This document shows, piece after piece, positions 21,316-31,738 of a stretch of 64,000 bases of DNA. The notes under the pieces were generated by a model that saw only the letters and a list, made by a program, of their open reading frames with translations, was not told where the DNA came from and did no database searches. Each line of letters starts with the position of its first letter. The stretch's first letter is position 1. Location: contig CAWFSF010000002.1 in NCBI GenBank assembly GCA_963818475.1, positions 160,001 to 224,000 of the forward strand. The letters run 5' to 3'. The translations under genes and the position numbers were made by a program. Source of the stretch: Nitrospirota bacterium. Lineage in GTDB: Bacteria > Nitrospirota > UBA9217.

Positions 21316-21894
21316 TCAAAAAAGCTCATTGACCAGCTCTATGACAGCCTCCCGCGTGACATCGTTCATCGGCCGTCCCCCGCCGCCCAGGAGACGGTCC
21401 CCGGCGGTTATGCCGCCCCGCGTGGAAGATGCGGTCCATACCACCCTGCCCGTCTGGGCCTCGATCATCTGAAGACTGAGGGAGATGACATTGGAAGACG
21501 TCGTCCCTGACCGGACCTCTCCATATTCCCTGAGCACGCCCGTGATAACGGCATCGGCCTTGACAATGCCCCCCAGTTTGGTGATCTCTTCCGCAGAGGG
21601 TACGGTCGCTTTCTCGATCCCTGCCCGTGTAATGCCTCGCGCAACCTCTCCAGCAGGGAGCACGTAGATGGCGCCTGTCGACAGAAGCATGTTCATGAAG
21701 ACGTCCCTTACCCTGTTTGCAGCCTGATTGTCTTTCGTGAGGTTCTCAAAAGGCATTACCGCAACGGTCCGCACCGACCCGAGGTCGAAATTCGGGTCAT
21801 GGTAAACCGAGCGTTTGGAGGAGGCAGCACAGGCCGGCAGGGAAATCAGAACAAGTGAAAGCAGGACCGTTATGAGATTTTTAATCACGTTCAT
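21316..21894 (-). CDS. GNA1162/CsgG-like lipoprotein
   Basis: Lipobox LPA-C, VAVMPFENLT, ADAVITG, MIEAQTGRVVW. Confidence 0.8.
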   Translation of the reverse strand: MNVIKNLITVLLSLVLISLPACAASSKRSVYHDPNFDLGSVRTVAVMPFENLTKDNQAANRVRDVFMNMLLSTGAIYVLPAGEVARGITRAGIEKATVPSAEEITKLGGIVKADAVITGVLREYGEVRSGTTSSNVISLSLQMIEAQTGRVVWTASSTRGGITAGDRLLGGGGRPMNDVTREAVIELVNELF

Positions 21895-21951
21895 CACCTC
21901 AATGGTATTATTTTTTATTATGACATGCAATAAAAATTCAGGTGGCGGCGA

Positions 21952-24189
21952 TCAAAAAAACACCATCAGGCTTGTACTGAATGCCCTTGCATCTGATTTG
22001 TCAAGATCCGATTCACCATGGGACACCTGATACGATGCCGCGAGATAGGAAGTGCGGCTGAGATTCAATCGAACGGACGGAGTGATGACCCTGGTCATCG
22101 CGTTGTTTTCGGACGCCAGACTCTCATTATACGCTAAAGAGAACTGGAATGCACCGTCGGGGAACGGCGACCAATTGAGCGAATAATTGTGGAACGTCCT
22201 GTCTCTCTCCTGGTCGGTTATCTTGCTCAGCGTAGCAACGAGGTAGAGCGTCCGAAACGGAATATAGGACGCGCTCACCTCTGTTCTCCTGGTAAAGTCC
22301 GATGAGCCCGGCCCGCCCCCTCCCGACCTGTCCGTTTTCGTTGAGGAAAAAAAATAGCTCAGGTTCAGGTCAGGGTGAGGCATCAGGTTGGAGAGAACGC
22401 TCCAGATCGTGCTTTTCACGTTTTCTCCCGTCTCCCGGTTCTGAAAGCTTTCCCCTCCAGAGACCACAATGTTTATGCCTTTGTAAAGGTCCGCATAATT
22501 GTTCAGGAAGAGGGATTTCGTGTCAGTTCGCCCGCCGTCTCTCTCCTCGTCCCGCCCGCTATAGGTAAGGCTGTGGCGGAGCGTCCGCAGGGGAACCGCC
22601 ATAAGGGAGGCGTTCGTGACATACGCAACACCGTTGCCTGCAGGATCGGAAAAGTCCTCCCGGGCGACTCGCGCGCTTCCTGAAAAAACTTTGCTGAACC
22701 TCTGGCTCACCAAGAGGCCGTTCGAAAGGTTCCATCTCTCCTGGGAAGAAGGCTCTGTCTTTGTGTAAAAATAGGAAAGTTCGTAATTGAGGTTCGGGAT
22801 GTCCAGAAGCTGCGCTCTCCCGTCAAAATTATAGGCATGGATGGTGCTGGTCGTTTCGCCTCTTACTTCCTCGGCGGGCTTTCTCGCAAACGCCTGGAGC
22901 TCCGTCACAAAGATGTCGGGAAACCCTGTTGCTCCCGTCACCACCGGAGACAGGGGTTTCACCACGACCTTTATGTATCTCGTCGTCACCGGTGAAAAAG
23001 CGATCTCAAAACGGTTATCAAAAGGCCCGAACTGTGCGGGGAATACGGTTGTGTGAAAATTCCAGACCAGGTTGTCCGAGCTTGTATAAATATCCCAGGA
23101 GAACGAGCTGGCGATTGCAGCCGGGAGCTCCCGGTCCACCCAGACAAAAAGCGTGTTCATCTCCCCCGGGAGAGACAGATCGAGACCGAGGTTCCGTTCC
23201 CTTCCGTCGCCCGTGATGGGCGGAAGCCCGATATTGACCCCCGTGCTTGCTGCCAGGGCGCCGTCTATCAAGGAGGCATTCGGCGTGAGGGCGCCGTCAG
23301 CAGGGGTGTCGTCGATGGATGACAGCCCTGAAAAGGGGACCAGCCCAATGTCCACCAACCCCGCCCCGGTGACAGAAGTTTTCATGGTGCTGTGGACAAC
23401 GTTGTAGCTCGTGTTGAACGAGATCCGCTCCTGGGCAATGCGATCGGAGTAATCCACCCTTCCAACCTGGTTCAGCTGCTTCGTTTCAAGGGACGTCAGC
23501 TGGTTTTTGGTGTTTATGTATGACGGCCGGTATCGTATTGCAAGATTGTCCGACGGCACATATTCCGCGGTGAGCCCGATGAAATCCCTGACCATGTCCT
23601 GGTAAGCCCGCTCCTTGTCAAAGAGATGGGTTCTTTCGGCCCGCATCTCGATATGGGGAAAGTCCTCCGGTCTCCAGCCAAGGATGGCGGTGCTGGTCTC
23701 ATTGATATTCGTTATCGAGGGCCCACTGGAGGAAGACGCCGTCTCCTCCCGTCTGAGGTATCTGACGCCGGCCGTGTAGATCGGCGTCCTCAAGGTAAGG
23801 TCAGCGTACGGCTGTATCCTGGTCAAGGTCGATTCTGTTTCCATGCCGTTGGTAGTCGATTCGCTGTCTGTTTTATCAAAAAGGCCGCTCGCAGAGAACC
23901 TGAGATAGGGGTAGAGGGTCCGGGAGAACGTCAGGTTGTAGCGTTGATTGAAGCTGTTGGCTTCCGTCCGGCTGACATTTCCCGAAGCATCTTCGGACCT
24001 GGAGTCCAGATTGCTGTATCCGAAGTTCAGATAACCACTGACCCCTTCCGCCACGACAGCATCGGGGCAGGATACCGCTCCCAGACAAAACAATGCCAGA
24101 AACACAGCGGCAGTGCCGGTTCCCCTGCAGCGGGATACCCACCATCGGCCTCCCTCTTTATCACGAGCGGCTGACAGCACAGAACGCAC
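21952..24189 (-). CDS. Large outer-membrane beta-barrel protein with an inserted discoidin-like beta-sandwich
   Basis: Alternating amphipathic strands, C-terminal Phe; central insert WDIYTSSDNLVW..TRYIKVVV..VTELQAF; start uncertain. Confidence 0.75.
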   Translation of the reverse strand: MRSVLSAARDKEGGRWWVSRCRGTGTAAVFLALFCLGAVSCPDAVVAEGVSGYLNFGYSNLDSRSEDASGNVSRTEANSFNQRYNLTFSRTLYPYLRFSASGLFDKTDSESTTNGMETESTLTRIQPYADLTLRTPIYTAGVRYLRREETASSSSGPSITNINETSTAILGWRPEDFPHIEMRAERTHLFDKERAYQDMVRDFIGLTAEYVPSDNLAIRYRPSYINTKNQLTSLETKQLNQVGRVDYSDRIAQERISFNTSYNVVHSTMKTSVTGAGLVDIGLVPFSGLSSIDDTPADGALTPNASLIDGALAASTGVNIGLPPITGDGRERNLGLDLSLPGEMNTLFVWVDRELPAAIASSFSWDIYTSSDNLVWNFHTTVFPAQFGPFDNRFEIAFSPVTTRYIKVVVKPLSPVVTGATGFPDIFVTELQAFARKPAEEVRGETTSTIHAYNFDGRAQLLDIPNLNYELSYFYTKTEPSSQERWNLSNGLLVSQRFSKVFSGSARVAREDFSDPAGNGVAYVTNASLMAVPLRTLRHSLTYSGRDEERDGGRTDTKSLFLNNYADLYKGINIVVSGGESFQNRETGENVKSTIWSVLSNLMPHPDLNLSYFFSSTKTDRSGGGGPGSSDFTRRTEVSASYIPFRTLYLVATLSKITDQERDRTFHNYSLNWSPFPDGAFQFSLAYNESLASENNAMTRVITPSVRLNLSRTSYLAASYQVSHGESDLDKSDARAFSTSLMVFF

Positions 24190-24194
24190 AAGAC

Positions 24195-25595
24195 CTACCT
24201 CTCTCCCATCAGGGTCACCCAGTACGCGCCTTCGCCGACATCCAGCTCGGCGACCGTTTGGTTGCTGATGATATTGATGCCCAGAAGGGTCTTTTTTCGA
24301 GGCAGGACAAGATACAGGTTATTTTCGTCACCATCGATCGCCATGCAGGAGATGCCCCCTCCTGCCAGGATCGTATCAGTCGGCATTTCCAGTGCCGGCT
24401 CGTATACCGAAACCACAGGGTCATTGCGCTTACCGAGAAAAATACGGTCGGTCCTGGTATCCACCTTGAGAGCGCTCATTGCCGTCCCCGCGGAGATCCG
24501 CTGGAGCGCGGACAGGGTCGTTGTATCGATGACCATAAGGTATGAGGAGAGCGCATGGATGACATAGAGCCGGTCACCCTTCCGGTTCATCTGCCCCCGC
24601 AGCGGCCCCGCATCCGTGGAGATCGTCGCGGATACCTGCCTGGCTGCGAGATCGATGATCGAAATCGTATCGGAGAGGGTATTGAAGACATAGGCCCTCC
24701 TTCCGGCTGGATCGAAGAGGACCGCGTTGGGCGCTTTGCCCACGCTGATCCTCTCCAGCTCGATCAGGGAAACAGGGTCGATGATGCTTACCGTGTCCGA
24801 ACCCTTGTTCGCCGTCAGCAGGAAGCGGCCGTCGGGCGAGAGAGCCGGCTCTTGCGGACGGTCGCCGGTCGAGAGCGGTATCCTGTGCACAATATCGCCT
24901 GCGGCAACATCAATAACATCAACAGCATCATCCCCTGCAAGCGCTACATAGGCCCTCTGCCGTCCCTTGTCAAGGGCGATGCCCCGGGGGCCCATGCCTG
25001 TTGCGATAACGCTTACGACCTGTCCGGACTTTTTGTTGAAGACCGTGATGTTGTTCGACCCGTAATTTGCCACGTATCCCGCAAGGGCCGGGATCGGCTG
25101 GTCGGGATGAACGAGTAAAAAAGACGGGCTGAAACCGGACCGCTCTATTACTGCTTCGGCAGGACGGAACGTTCCTGCTATGACGGAGGACTTGCCCCTT
25201 CGCACCTCAAAGGGGAACCCGGCAAGCAGCGGATTTTCAGGCACGACGAGTGCACTCTCTCCCTCGGCCCCTCTGAAAAAGGGGTTAACGGCACGGAACG
25301 AAAGACCGGTATAGGACCCGGGCGGCAAGGTGCCGGAAGCTACGAGGCGCTGTCTGCTCATCACGCTGATACTGAAATCAGAGACCGCAAGCGAGAGGGG
25401 GAATTCCCTGCCGTCATCCCTCAGGGCAGCGACCTCGCTGAGGCCGAATCTGATCCGCTCCGCCTCTCCGGGAAAGGGCTGGACATAGAGAAAGACCTCG
25501 CCTTCCTCGTCGAGAGGAGGTTTCAGAGAAGCTGAGGTTGCGTAGCATCCGGAAAAAAAGACAACCCCGATAAGAAAAAGACTTATCTTACTCAT
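24195..25595 (-). CDS. YVTN/YncE beta-propeller lipoprotein
   Basis: FSG-C lipobox; YVANYGSNNITVF, ANKGSDTVSIID and NTLSDTISIID repeats. Confidence 0.85.
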   Translation of the reverse strand: MSKISLFLIGVVFFSGCYATSASLKPPLDEEGEVFLYVQPFPGEAERIRFGLSEVAALRDDGREFPLSLAVSDFSISVMSRQRLVASGTLPPGSYTGLSFRAVNPFFRGAEGESALVVPENPLLAGFPFEVRRGKSSVIAGTFRPAEAVIERSGFSPSFLLVHPDQPIPALAGYVANYGSNNITVFNKKSGQVVSVIATGMGPRGIALDKGRQRAYVALAGDDAVDVIDVAAGDIVHRIPLSTGDRPQEPALSPDGRFLLTANKGSDTVSIIDPVSLIELERISVGKAPNAVLFDPAGRRAYVFNTLSDTISIIDLAARQVSATISTDAGPLRGQMNRKGDRLYVIHALSSYLMVIDTTTLSALQRISAGTAMSALKVDTRTDRIFLGKRNDPVVSVYEPALEMPTDTILAGGGISCMAIDGDENNLYLVLPRKKTLLGINIISNQTVAELDVGEGAYWVTLMGER

Positions 25596-25934
25596 TGGAT
25601 TCCTTGCCCCACGGTTCACTTTCGTATCCGCTCCATCCTTCTCAGTGCGTGGATTCGATGAGTAGTATTAACAAGTCCCTCGCCTGCGTGCATTACAAAC
25701 CGTATTAATAGCGATGCGGGTCGTGGCCCCGCACCGCGTTTTTTTCTCTGTAATCTCCCTGTCCGGCTGTTGAATGTTCTTTTCGAACAACCAAAACAGT
25801 GTATCATGCTCCCCGCTGTTTTTATTATTTGTTCGTAGCAATCGTTCAGTCCTCTGCATGAAAAGAACTTTATCGATGAATCCTATACCTGGTCTGAGGC
25901 AAATGGTAGATGAAACGCGCTGTAAATTCAAGAG

Positions 25935-25963
25935 AAAAGGCTGGGTTTCCCCAGCCTTTTTTT
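25935..25963 (-). terminator. Rho-independent terminator after omcS (possibly bidirectional)
   Basis: AAAAGGCTGGG-TTTC-CCCAGCCTTTTTTT hairpin with T tracts on both strands. Confidence 0.8.
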
Positions 25964-25991
25964 GCTACGGAATTCATGCCAGTGCTGTAAA

Positions 25992-27239
25992 TTAGTCTTT
26001 TGCGTGGCACTTGTTGCAGAGAGACCGCTGATAAGAACCGTAATGCATCGTGGTGTCATTGTATGCTTTTGTGGTCTCTGCTACGGTACGGCCTTGTGCG
26101 TACTTCGGCTGGTTGGCAACGAGGCTCGGAGAATCGGTGCCCGGCCATACGCCGTCAACAGCGATGAACTCGCCTGCATTGTTCCACCGACCCATGAATT
26201 CCCATCCGCTTGCATGCGACTTGTGGCAGGAGAGGCACATGACCCGGTCACTCGTTGCAGGTCCTTCCGGTTTGGTGCCGTCGTTCACGGCCAGGGCCTT
26301 AAGAACGGCATAGTCTGTCGTATTGTCGGTCTGGAACGGAGCGAGTGAATCGAATGCAGTTGCGAGCGTTCCTGCCAGGTTGCCGCTGCCAATATATGAG
26401 TTGTAGATGCCCGCAACAGTGGTGCCCAGCGTCTGATTAACCGGGTGGGTCATCTTTGAGCTCGTGCCGGAATGCATATCCGGGTGGCAGGTTGCACACC
26501 AGTCGGTAATCCCGGCTCCATAGGCTACACGGGTAGGAGTTGCTGCCTCTGTTCTGTTATACGTGCTCGGAACAACCGCATTAAATACTGCATTGAAGGT
26601 CTTGCCGCCGGAACCGGCAGAAGAACCCGTTCCGCGAAGGATACGGTATGCGCCGACTGCCTGGCCAGCTAACGGGGTAACACTGTTGTTGTAGGAACCG
26701 GAAGCGATGATCGGGGCGCCGGTAGTGGCAAAGGTCCCGTCAGAAAGCCTTCTCAGTACGCCGTGGTTGTCATGGCAGCTATTGCAGCCGAGCTGTGTTG
26801 CATCCATGTCGCCGCCGGGAGCTACCGTGTTTTTTGCATCAGCGGTATAACCAAAGTCAGCGGCTACGATATTGTGGCCGTGGCCATCGCCAAGGTCAAC
26901 ACTGGTGGTGCCGGTTCTCGGGACATACGTGTAGGTCTTCTTGAGCCAGCCGAAGTCTCCGCCCGGGGTCCTGTTTCCCGGAGGGGTGCCTGCGGGCATA
27001 TCCGCATCAGGAGTGACAATGTGGTAGCTGGATGCGCCTGTTGCGCCGTGGCAACTGATACAGGTGGAGCTGATGTCCGTATTATTCAGAAGGGCAGAGG
27101 TGCTTTTTGCATCGTGAATATTGTGGCAGCCCATGCACTCTGCAACGCCGCCGCTATGGAACGCGAAACTCGTGCTGCTGAGCCCGAAAGAGAAAAGGCC
27201 AACAGCGACAATGATAAGGCTTAATTTGACGATCTTCAT
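25992..27239 (-). CDS. omcS: OmcS-family hexaheme cytochrome c (nanowire subunit)
   Basis: Signal peptide then FHSGGVAECMGCHNIH; six CXXCH; GGDFGWL, GHNIVA, GAYRIL; C-terminal RSLCNKCHAKD, as recalled for Geobacter OmcS. Confidence 0.92.
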   Translation of the reverse strand: MKIVKLSLIIVAVGLFSFGLSSTSFAFHSGGVAECMGCHNIHDAKSTSALLNNTDISSTCISCHGATGASSYHIVTPDADMPAGTPPGNRTPGGDFGWLKKTYTYVPRTGTTSVDLGDGHGHNIVAADFGYTADAKNTVAPGGDMDATQLGCNSCHDNHGVLRRLSDGTFATTGAPIIASGSYNNSVTPLAGQAVGAYRILRGTGSSAGSGGKTFNAVFNAVVPSTYNRTEAATPTRVAYGAGITDWCATCHPDMHSGTSSKMTHPVNQTLGTTVAGIYNSYIGSGNLAGTLATAFDSLAPFQTDNTTDYAVLKALAVNDGTKPEGPATSDRVMCLSCHKSHASGWEFMGRWNNAGEFIAVDGVWPGTDSPSLVANQPKYAQGRTVAETTKAYNDTTMHYGSYQRSLCNKCHAKD

Positions 27240-27259
27240 TCACATCCTCCTAAAATTGG

Positions 27260-27337
27260 CTCCGGCAGACCAGCCATCCCGTTTCCGGGATCTGTGACTT
27301 TGTGCCCCCACCTTGCGGTGAGTTTACCCGTTCGGAG
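27260..27337 (-). ncRNA. GEMM-I (c-di-GMP-I class) riboswitch in the omcS leader
   Basis: CUCCGAACGGGUAAACUCACC-GCAA-GGUGGGGGCACAAAGUCACAGAUCCCG-GAAA-CGGGAUGGCUGGUCUGCCGGAG: GNRA-capped P2, GYAAAC/CAAAG junctions, P3, P1 CUCC/GGAG. Confidence 0.8.
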
Positions 27338-27366
27338 GATCGATTGTTGCCGGCAATGCCGACAGA

Positions 27367-27435
27367 TTTTACTTCTTCTTTCTTACTTCTTACTTCCTAC
27401 TTCTTACTTCTTACTTCCAGCTTCTTACTTCTTAC
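27367..27435. repeat. Heptamer tandem repeat (TTCTTAC)n, ~9-10 imperfect copies
   Basis: Direct reading of the sequence. Confidence 0.9.
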
Positions 27436-27518
27436 GGCTTGCTTCCTATTGACTTCCTTCATTATGTATCTCGCGATCACCTCCTTCTTGAGCCCATAAC
27501 TGGCTGGCATGTTCCAGG

Positions 27519-28460
27519 TCAGTCGTAGGCAATCCGAAAGACGCTGACGCCGCGTCTTCTTGCCTGGTTTACAAAGACCTTGTCATTGAGGACCGCCAGC
27601 CGTTGTGGAGCAGTCAGGTTGTCCCTGGCTTCTCCACGCGAGCCGAACTGCATCTGGAATTTGAATTCCTTGTCGTAAACCATGACAACGCTTTTCAAGG
27701 TGTCTACCACATAGATGAATCCCCTGTCATCGGATGCGATATCTGCCACAATATTGAACTTCCCTGCCACGTTGCCCGCACTGCCGAAGGATTGCACCTG
27801 GTGGTCGCGGGACATTCTGAAGGCCGTAAAGAGCGTTGGGACCGTGAAAAGCATGTTCCCCTCCCTGTCCACGCTGAAGCCGACGATATTGTTCTCCGAA
27901 CCCGTCTTTTCTTCCTTTGCCAGGTAAGCTCCGACATCATAGCCGTCCACAAAAGAACCCGTTGAATCAATGACAACGATCTTCCTTGTATAAAGGTCGG
28001 CAAGATAGAGATATCCCTTCCAAGAGACCAACCGTCGCGGTAAGATCTTCGAAAACTCCTGCGGAAGACCCCTCAGCTCCAGCGCCTCCTTCAATTCTCC
28101 CCGAAAATTGCAGCGCAAAATTGAATAGCTGTCCCCGTTGTGGGAGAGCACCATGATTTTCCCGTCCTGCTCAACAGCGACATCGACAATTGTGCCAAGG
28201 GCGCTGTCGTCGCCGAAATGGTAGATTTCCATCCCAACGTTATTAAATATACTGACGATCCCATCGTTGATGACAAGCACCTCGCTATGCTCTCTGTCGC
28301 TGGACAACCCTGTCCAGCTGTAGGGTATGGCGCCGTTAAAGTCGGAAAGGGTGTAGAGATAGGAAGCCTTGATGTCTGCCGTAGCGATCGTTGAGCAGAG
28401 CAACAGCGAGAGTGCTGTTGCGGTTGCGAGGGATGGCAGGTTTAAATGAAGGTATTTCAT
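27519..28460 (-). CDS. Exported NHL-like beta-propeller protein upstream of omcS
   Basis: Signal peptide; IASDDRGFIYVVD and QFGSRGE repeats. Confidence 0.8.
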   Translation of the reverse strand: MKYLHLNLPSLATATALSLLLCSTIATADIKASYLYTLSDFNGAIPYSWTGLSSDREHSEVLVINDGIVSIFNNVGMEIYHFGDDSALGTIVDVAVEQDGKIMVLSHNGDSYSILRCNFRGELKEALELRGLPQEFSKILPRRLVSWKGYLYLADLYTRKIVVIDSTGSFVDGYDVGAYLAKEEKTGSENNIVGFSVDREGNMLFTVPTLFTAFRMSRDHQVQSFGSAGNVAGKFNIVADIASDDRGFIYVVDTLKSVVMVYDKEFKFQMQFGSRGEARDNLTAPQRLAVLNDKVFVNQARRRGVSVFRIAYD

Positions 28461-28524
28461 CTCTTCTCTTTCCTCTGCACGTTCAAACTTCCTCTGCTCC
28501 TTTGAGCGTAGTTGTCATTGTTAC

Positions 28525-28540
28525 TGCAATGCCTGTGCCA
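28525..28540 (-). promoter_or_regulatory. Sigma54 promoter for the NHL-omcS transcript
   Basis: Consensus TGGCAC-AGGCA-TTGCA on the minus strand, ~65 bp upstream of the ATG at 28460. Confidence 0.85.
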
Positions 28541-28905
28541 TGAGATTCCGGTGACATACCGACTTGAAAAAACAAGGTTTGCACAATTGTCAAAAAAAAT
28601 ATCAAACATGCATCCGGGAAAATCCCCATTTATGGCTGGCAATTTAACGGAAAACGTTCACCCCTTTGACTGAGAGTTACATAAAATTGCGGCACGCCGC
28701 CAGCAGCCGCGAAGGGTCGGCTGAAGGAGCATCATCAAAGGGCGATGTTTCCTGAGCAAACGGTCGCTGTCGGGTCTTTTTGCAGTTGTGTTTTTCCGGA
28801 GAGGGGAACAAGAGATGCAAGAGAGAATGTGAAGTTAAGAAAGAGGGACCCGAGGTTGCGGGCAGAGATCGACGATGATGACGTTTGATGACGGACTGTC
28901 GTTTG

Positions 28906-30761
28906 TTACCGGGATTTTTTCTTCAGGCGCATGGCCTCATCGAGGCTCAGACGGGCCTCTGCAAAGTCCGGTTTCAGCCGCAGGGCTTCGGTAAAATGCA
29001 GGATGCTTTCATCGACGTTTCCGCGCCGTAATACCGCAACTCCCAACCCGTAGTGTCCCTTTGCAGAGCCTGGCTCAATCCGCAAGGCTTCGGAAAAATG
29101 CCTGATGCTTTCATCAAGTTTACCCTGCGAACCCAGGGTAACACCCATGATAAAGTGTATCTCCGCATGGTCGGGCTCGTTCGGAGTCCCTCGGTATAAT
29201 GATACAGCGCTTCCCCATCCCTACCTTGCTTCATGAGCGCAAAGCCCATGTTAAAATGCGCCTCTGCGGAGCCGGGTTTGACGAGCAGCGCTTTGTTTGT
29301 GTACGAAATGGCCTCTGCAATCTTTCCCTGTTTGATCAGGACATTGCCCATTCCCGTAAGTGCGCGCTCATATTCGGGCGAGATCCGCAAAGCTTCGGCA
29401 TACCGGGGAATCGCTTCTTCCAGCCTGCCTTTCTGAGCAAGAGCATACCCAAGGCTTTCATGAGCAATATAATTGTCACCTACTGCCTCGGCAGCATGAC
29501 GGAAAAGGGTGATGCTGTCTTTCCAATAGCCTACTTGCTGCCAGGTGACCGCCGCGGAAGCCAGAAGAAGAATACCTGCCGCGGCGGACAGGACGATATG
29601 GCGATTGCGGTTGCCGCCTGCCCAGATCCCCACGCCCCATGCCAGCATGATAAAGATCCCGATGAGCGGCAGGTAGGTATAACGGTCCGCCATTGCCTGA
29701 CTCCCGACCTGCACCAGACCGATGACCGGCACGAGCGTCACGAGATACCACAGCCAGCCGACCAGAAAATAGGGATGCCGTTTTGCCGAGCGGACCACCA
29801 GCACCGATATCCCCACCAGGAGTAGACCGGCAAACAGCACCTGTGCTGTTGTCAGGGTGGGTGGGAGTGGGTATATTACGGCGAGGTTGACCGGCCAGGC
29901 CGTCTTGGCCAGGTAAAGAACGTAAGCCCACAGCGCGTTGGCGGAACGGAAAGCAATTGGCACCGCCTTCAGGGAAGAGACCGCCCCGCCCTGGTGTTGC
30001 GCATAGAGGGTTACCATGCTGGAAGCCGCGGCAAGAGCAACGAAGGGGGCCTTTTCCCACAAAAGGCGCCCAAGGAGCGGTTTGCGTGCGGCCGGATCAG
30101 GGTCTTGCCGCATCAGCAGGCCTGCCTGCCCGAACTGAAACCGCCCAAGAGGCCAATAATCCATCAATAGGAGAACGACCGGCACGGTAACCAGCATGGG
30201 CTTGGACATGAGTCCGAGTGCGAATGCGCACAGTACCAACAGGTATCTCGTGAACACCGGGCGTTTGACATACCAGGCATATGACAACAGGGTGAGCATC
30301 CAGAAAAAAGCGCTCAGGACGTCTTTGCGCTCCGCTGCCCATGCGACAGACTCCACGTGAAGGGGATGGAGCGCAAACAGGGCTGCGACAAATGCGCTTT
30401 GCCAGTATGCCCCGGTCATCCGTACCAGCAGCAGGAAGAGGAGGACGGTGTTGATCACATGGAAGAGGACATTCACCAGATGGTGAGGCCCCGGATCGAA
30501 TCCGAACAATTGGATATCCAGCATATGTGACAGCCACGTCAACGGATGCCAGTTTGATGCGTAGGCAGAGGTGAACGCCCAGATGAAACCTTTTCCGGTC
30601 AGGCCTGTTCTTACGTGGTGATTTTCCAGGAGGTACTCGCCGTCGTCAAAATTCACAAATTGATTATTGCCTGCCTGCCAGTACACGGCACAGGTAACGG
30701 CAGCCAGGAACAGGCACATCAAAGTTTTACTCTTCAGAGTCACTGTTAAGCCTCGCCGCAA
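28906..30761 (-). CDS. TMTC-like GT-C membrane glycosyltransferase with C-terminal TPRs (frameshift near 29174)
   Basis: FVNFDD, NWHPLTWLS, LHPLHVESVAW, ADRYTYLP; TPRs continue in ORF 28906..29148. Confidence 0.85.
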
Positions 30762-31059
30762 GGTTTTTTTTCCGCGATAACGTCGTCAAGCGGTGTATTC
30801 CGGAGGCGCGGACCGCCTCTTGTCGCCTGCTCTCGCTTCGTGCTGCGCCGCTGGGGCGGGAAAAGATATCACATTCTGTTGCACTTCATGTTGCTGCTCG
30901 AAAACAATGACACTTCGGATCGAACGCTGAATCATTTCCCGTTCTGCATATGGTGAATTAACCGTCTGATTGATTTTTTTTCCGATATGCATGAGCGGCT
31001 TTTCTGCATGAAATTTTGTAAAGGCTCATTAAACAAGGCATCCGGTCGTCTGCTCTCCG

Positions 31060-31075
31060 TGGTACGTTTATTGCT
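31060..31075 (+). promoter_or_regulatory. Sigma54 promoter for the PilZ genes
   Basis: TGGTAC-GTTTA-TTGCT. Confidence 0.75.
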
Positions 31076-31093
31076 TTCTACGGATGAAGGAGC

Positions 31094-31570
31094 ATGGAAT
31101 GGGCAGCCTTTTTTGACTGTTTGCAGCGAACAGGTGTCTCAGGTGACCCTATGGAAAAGATCATAGCGCCGGTCAAAACAGCAGCCGATCGGGTCATGAC
31201 ACATGGCAGCCTGAACTGCTGTGAGAGGCGTGAACCGCCGAATGATCAGGATACGGGCATGCAATGGACCGGTGGTAACGTCCGAAAACATATGCGAATG
31301 CCGGCCGACGAGCGCATTGCCTATCTGGCGATCCCTTCGCCTCATGAAATATGTGCGGAAGTGGTCACCGGCCATGTTTTCGATATCAGCGATGACGGAT
31401 TAGGCCTCCTGACCGAATGTCCTCTCGCACCCGGCAGCGTCATCAGGTTTGTGAGCGGTGCGGTGTGGTATACCGGCATCGTTCGATGGAGCGCAGGCAC
31501 CGGGGACGACGAGCACCGTGCAGGGATCCAATTCATCCTATCAGAGAACGCTTCTGATGATAGGCTCTGA
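31094..31570 (+). CDS. PilZ domain protein (start uncertain)
   Basis: RKHMR (RxxxR), DISDDG (DxSxxG), GIVRW..RAGIQF. Confidence 0.8.
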   Translation: MEWAAFFDCLQRTGVSGDPMEKIIAPVKTAADRVMTHGSLNCCERREPPNDQDTGMQWTGGNVRKHMRMPADERIAYLAIPSPHEICAEVVTGHVFDISDDGLGLLTECPLAPGSVIRFVSGAVWYTGIVRWSAGTGDDEHRAGIQFILSENASDDRL

Positions 31571-31738
31571 CGCGCGACACGGCAACGGGTATCCATGTGC
31601 CGCTGAAGCGCTGTGCAGCCGGCAAAGGGCCTGGTCGGGCATGGGTTCCCGGCAATGCATCCTGGCGAGCGGAAGACCGTACTGCTCGGAAGAAGCTGCT
31701 CGAACCAACGCCAATCGCTCTGATCACGGAGGACACGA

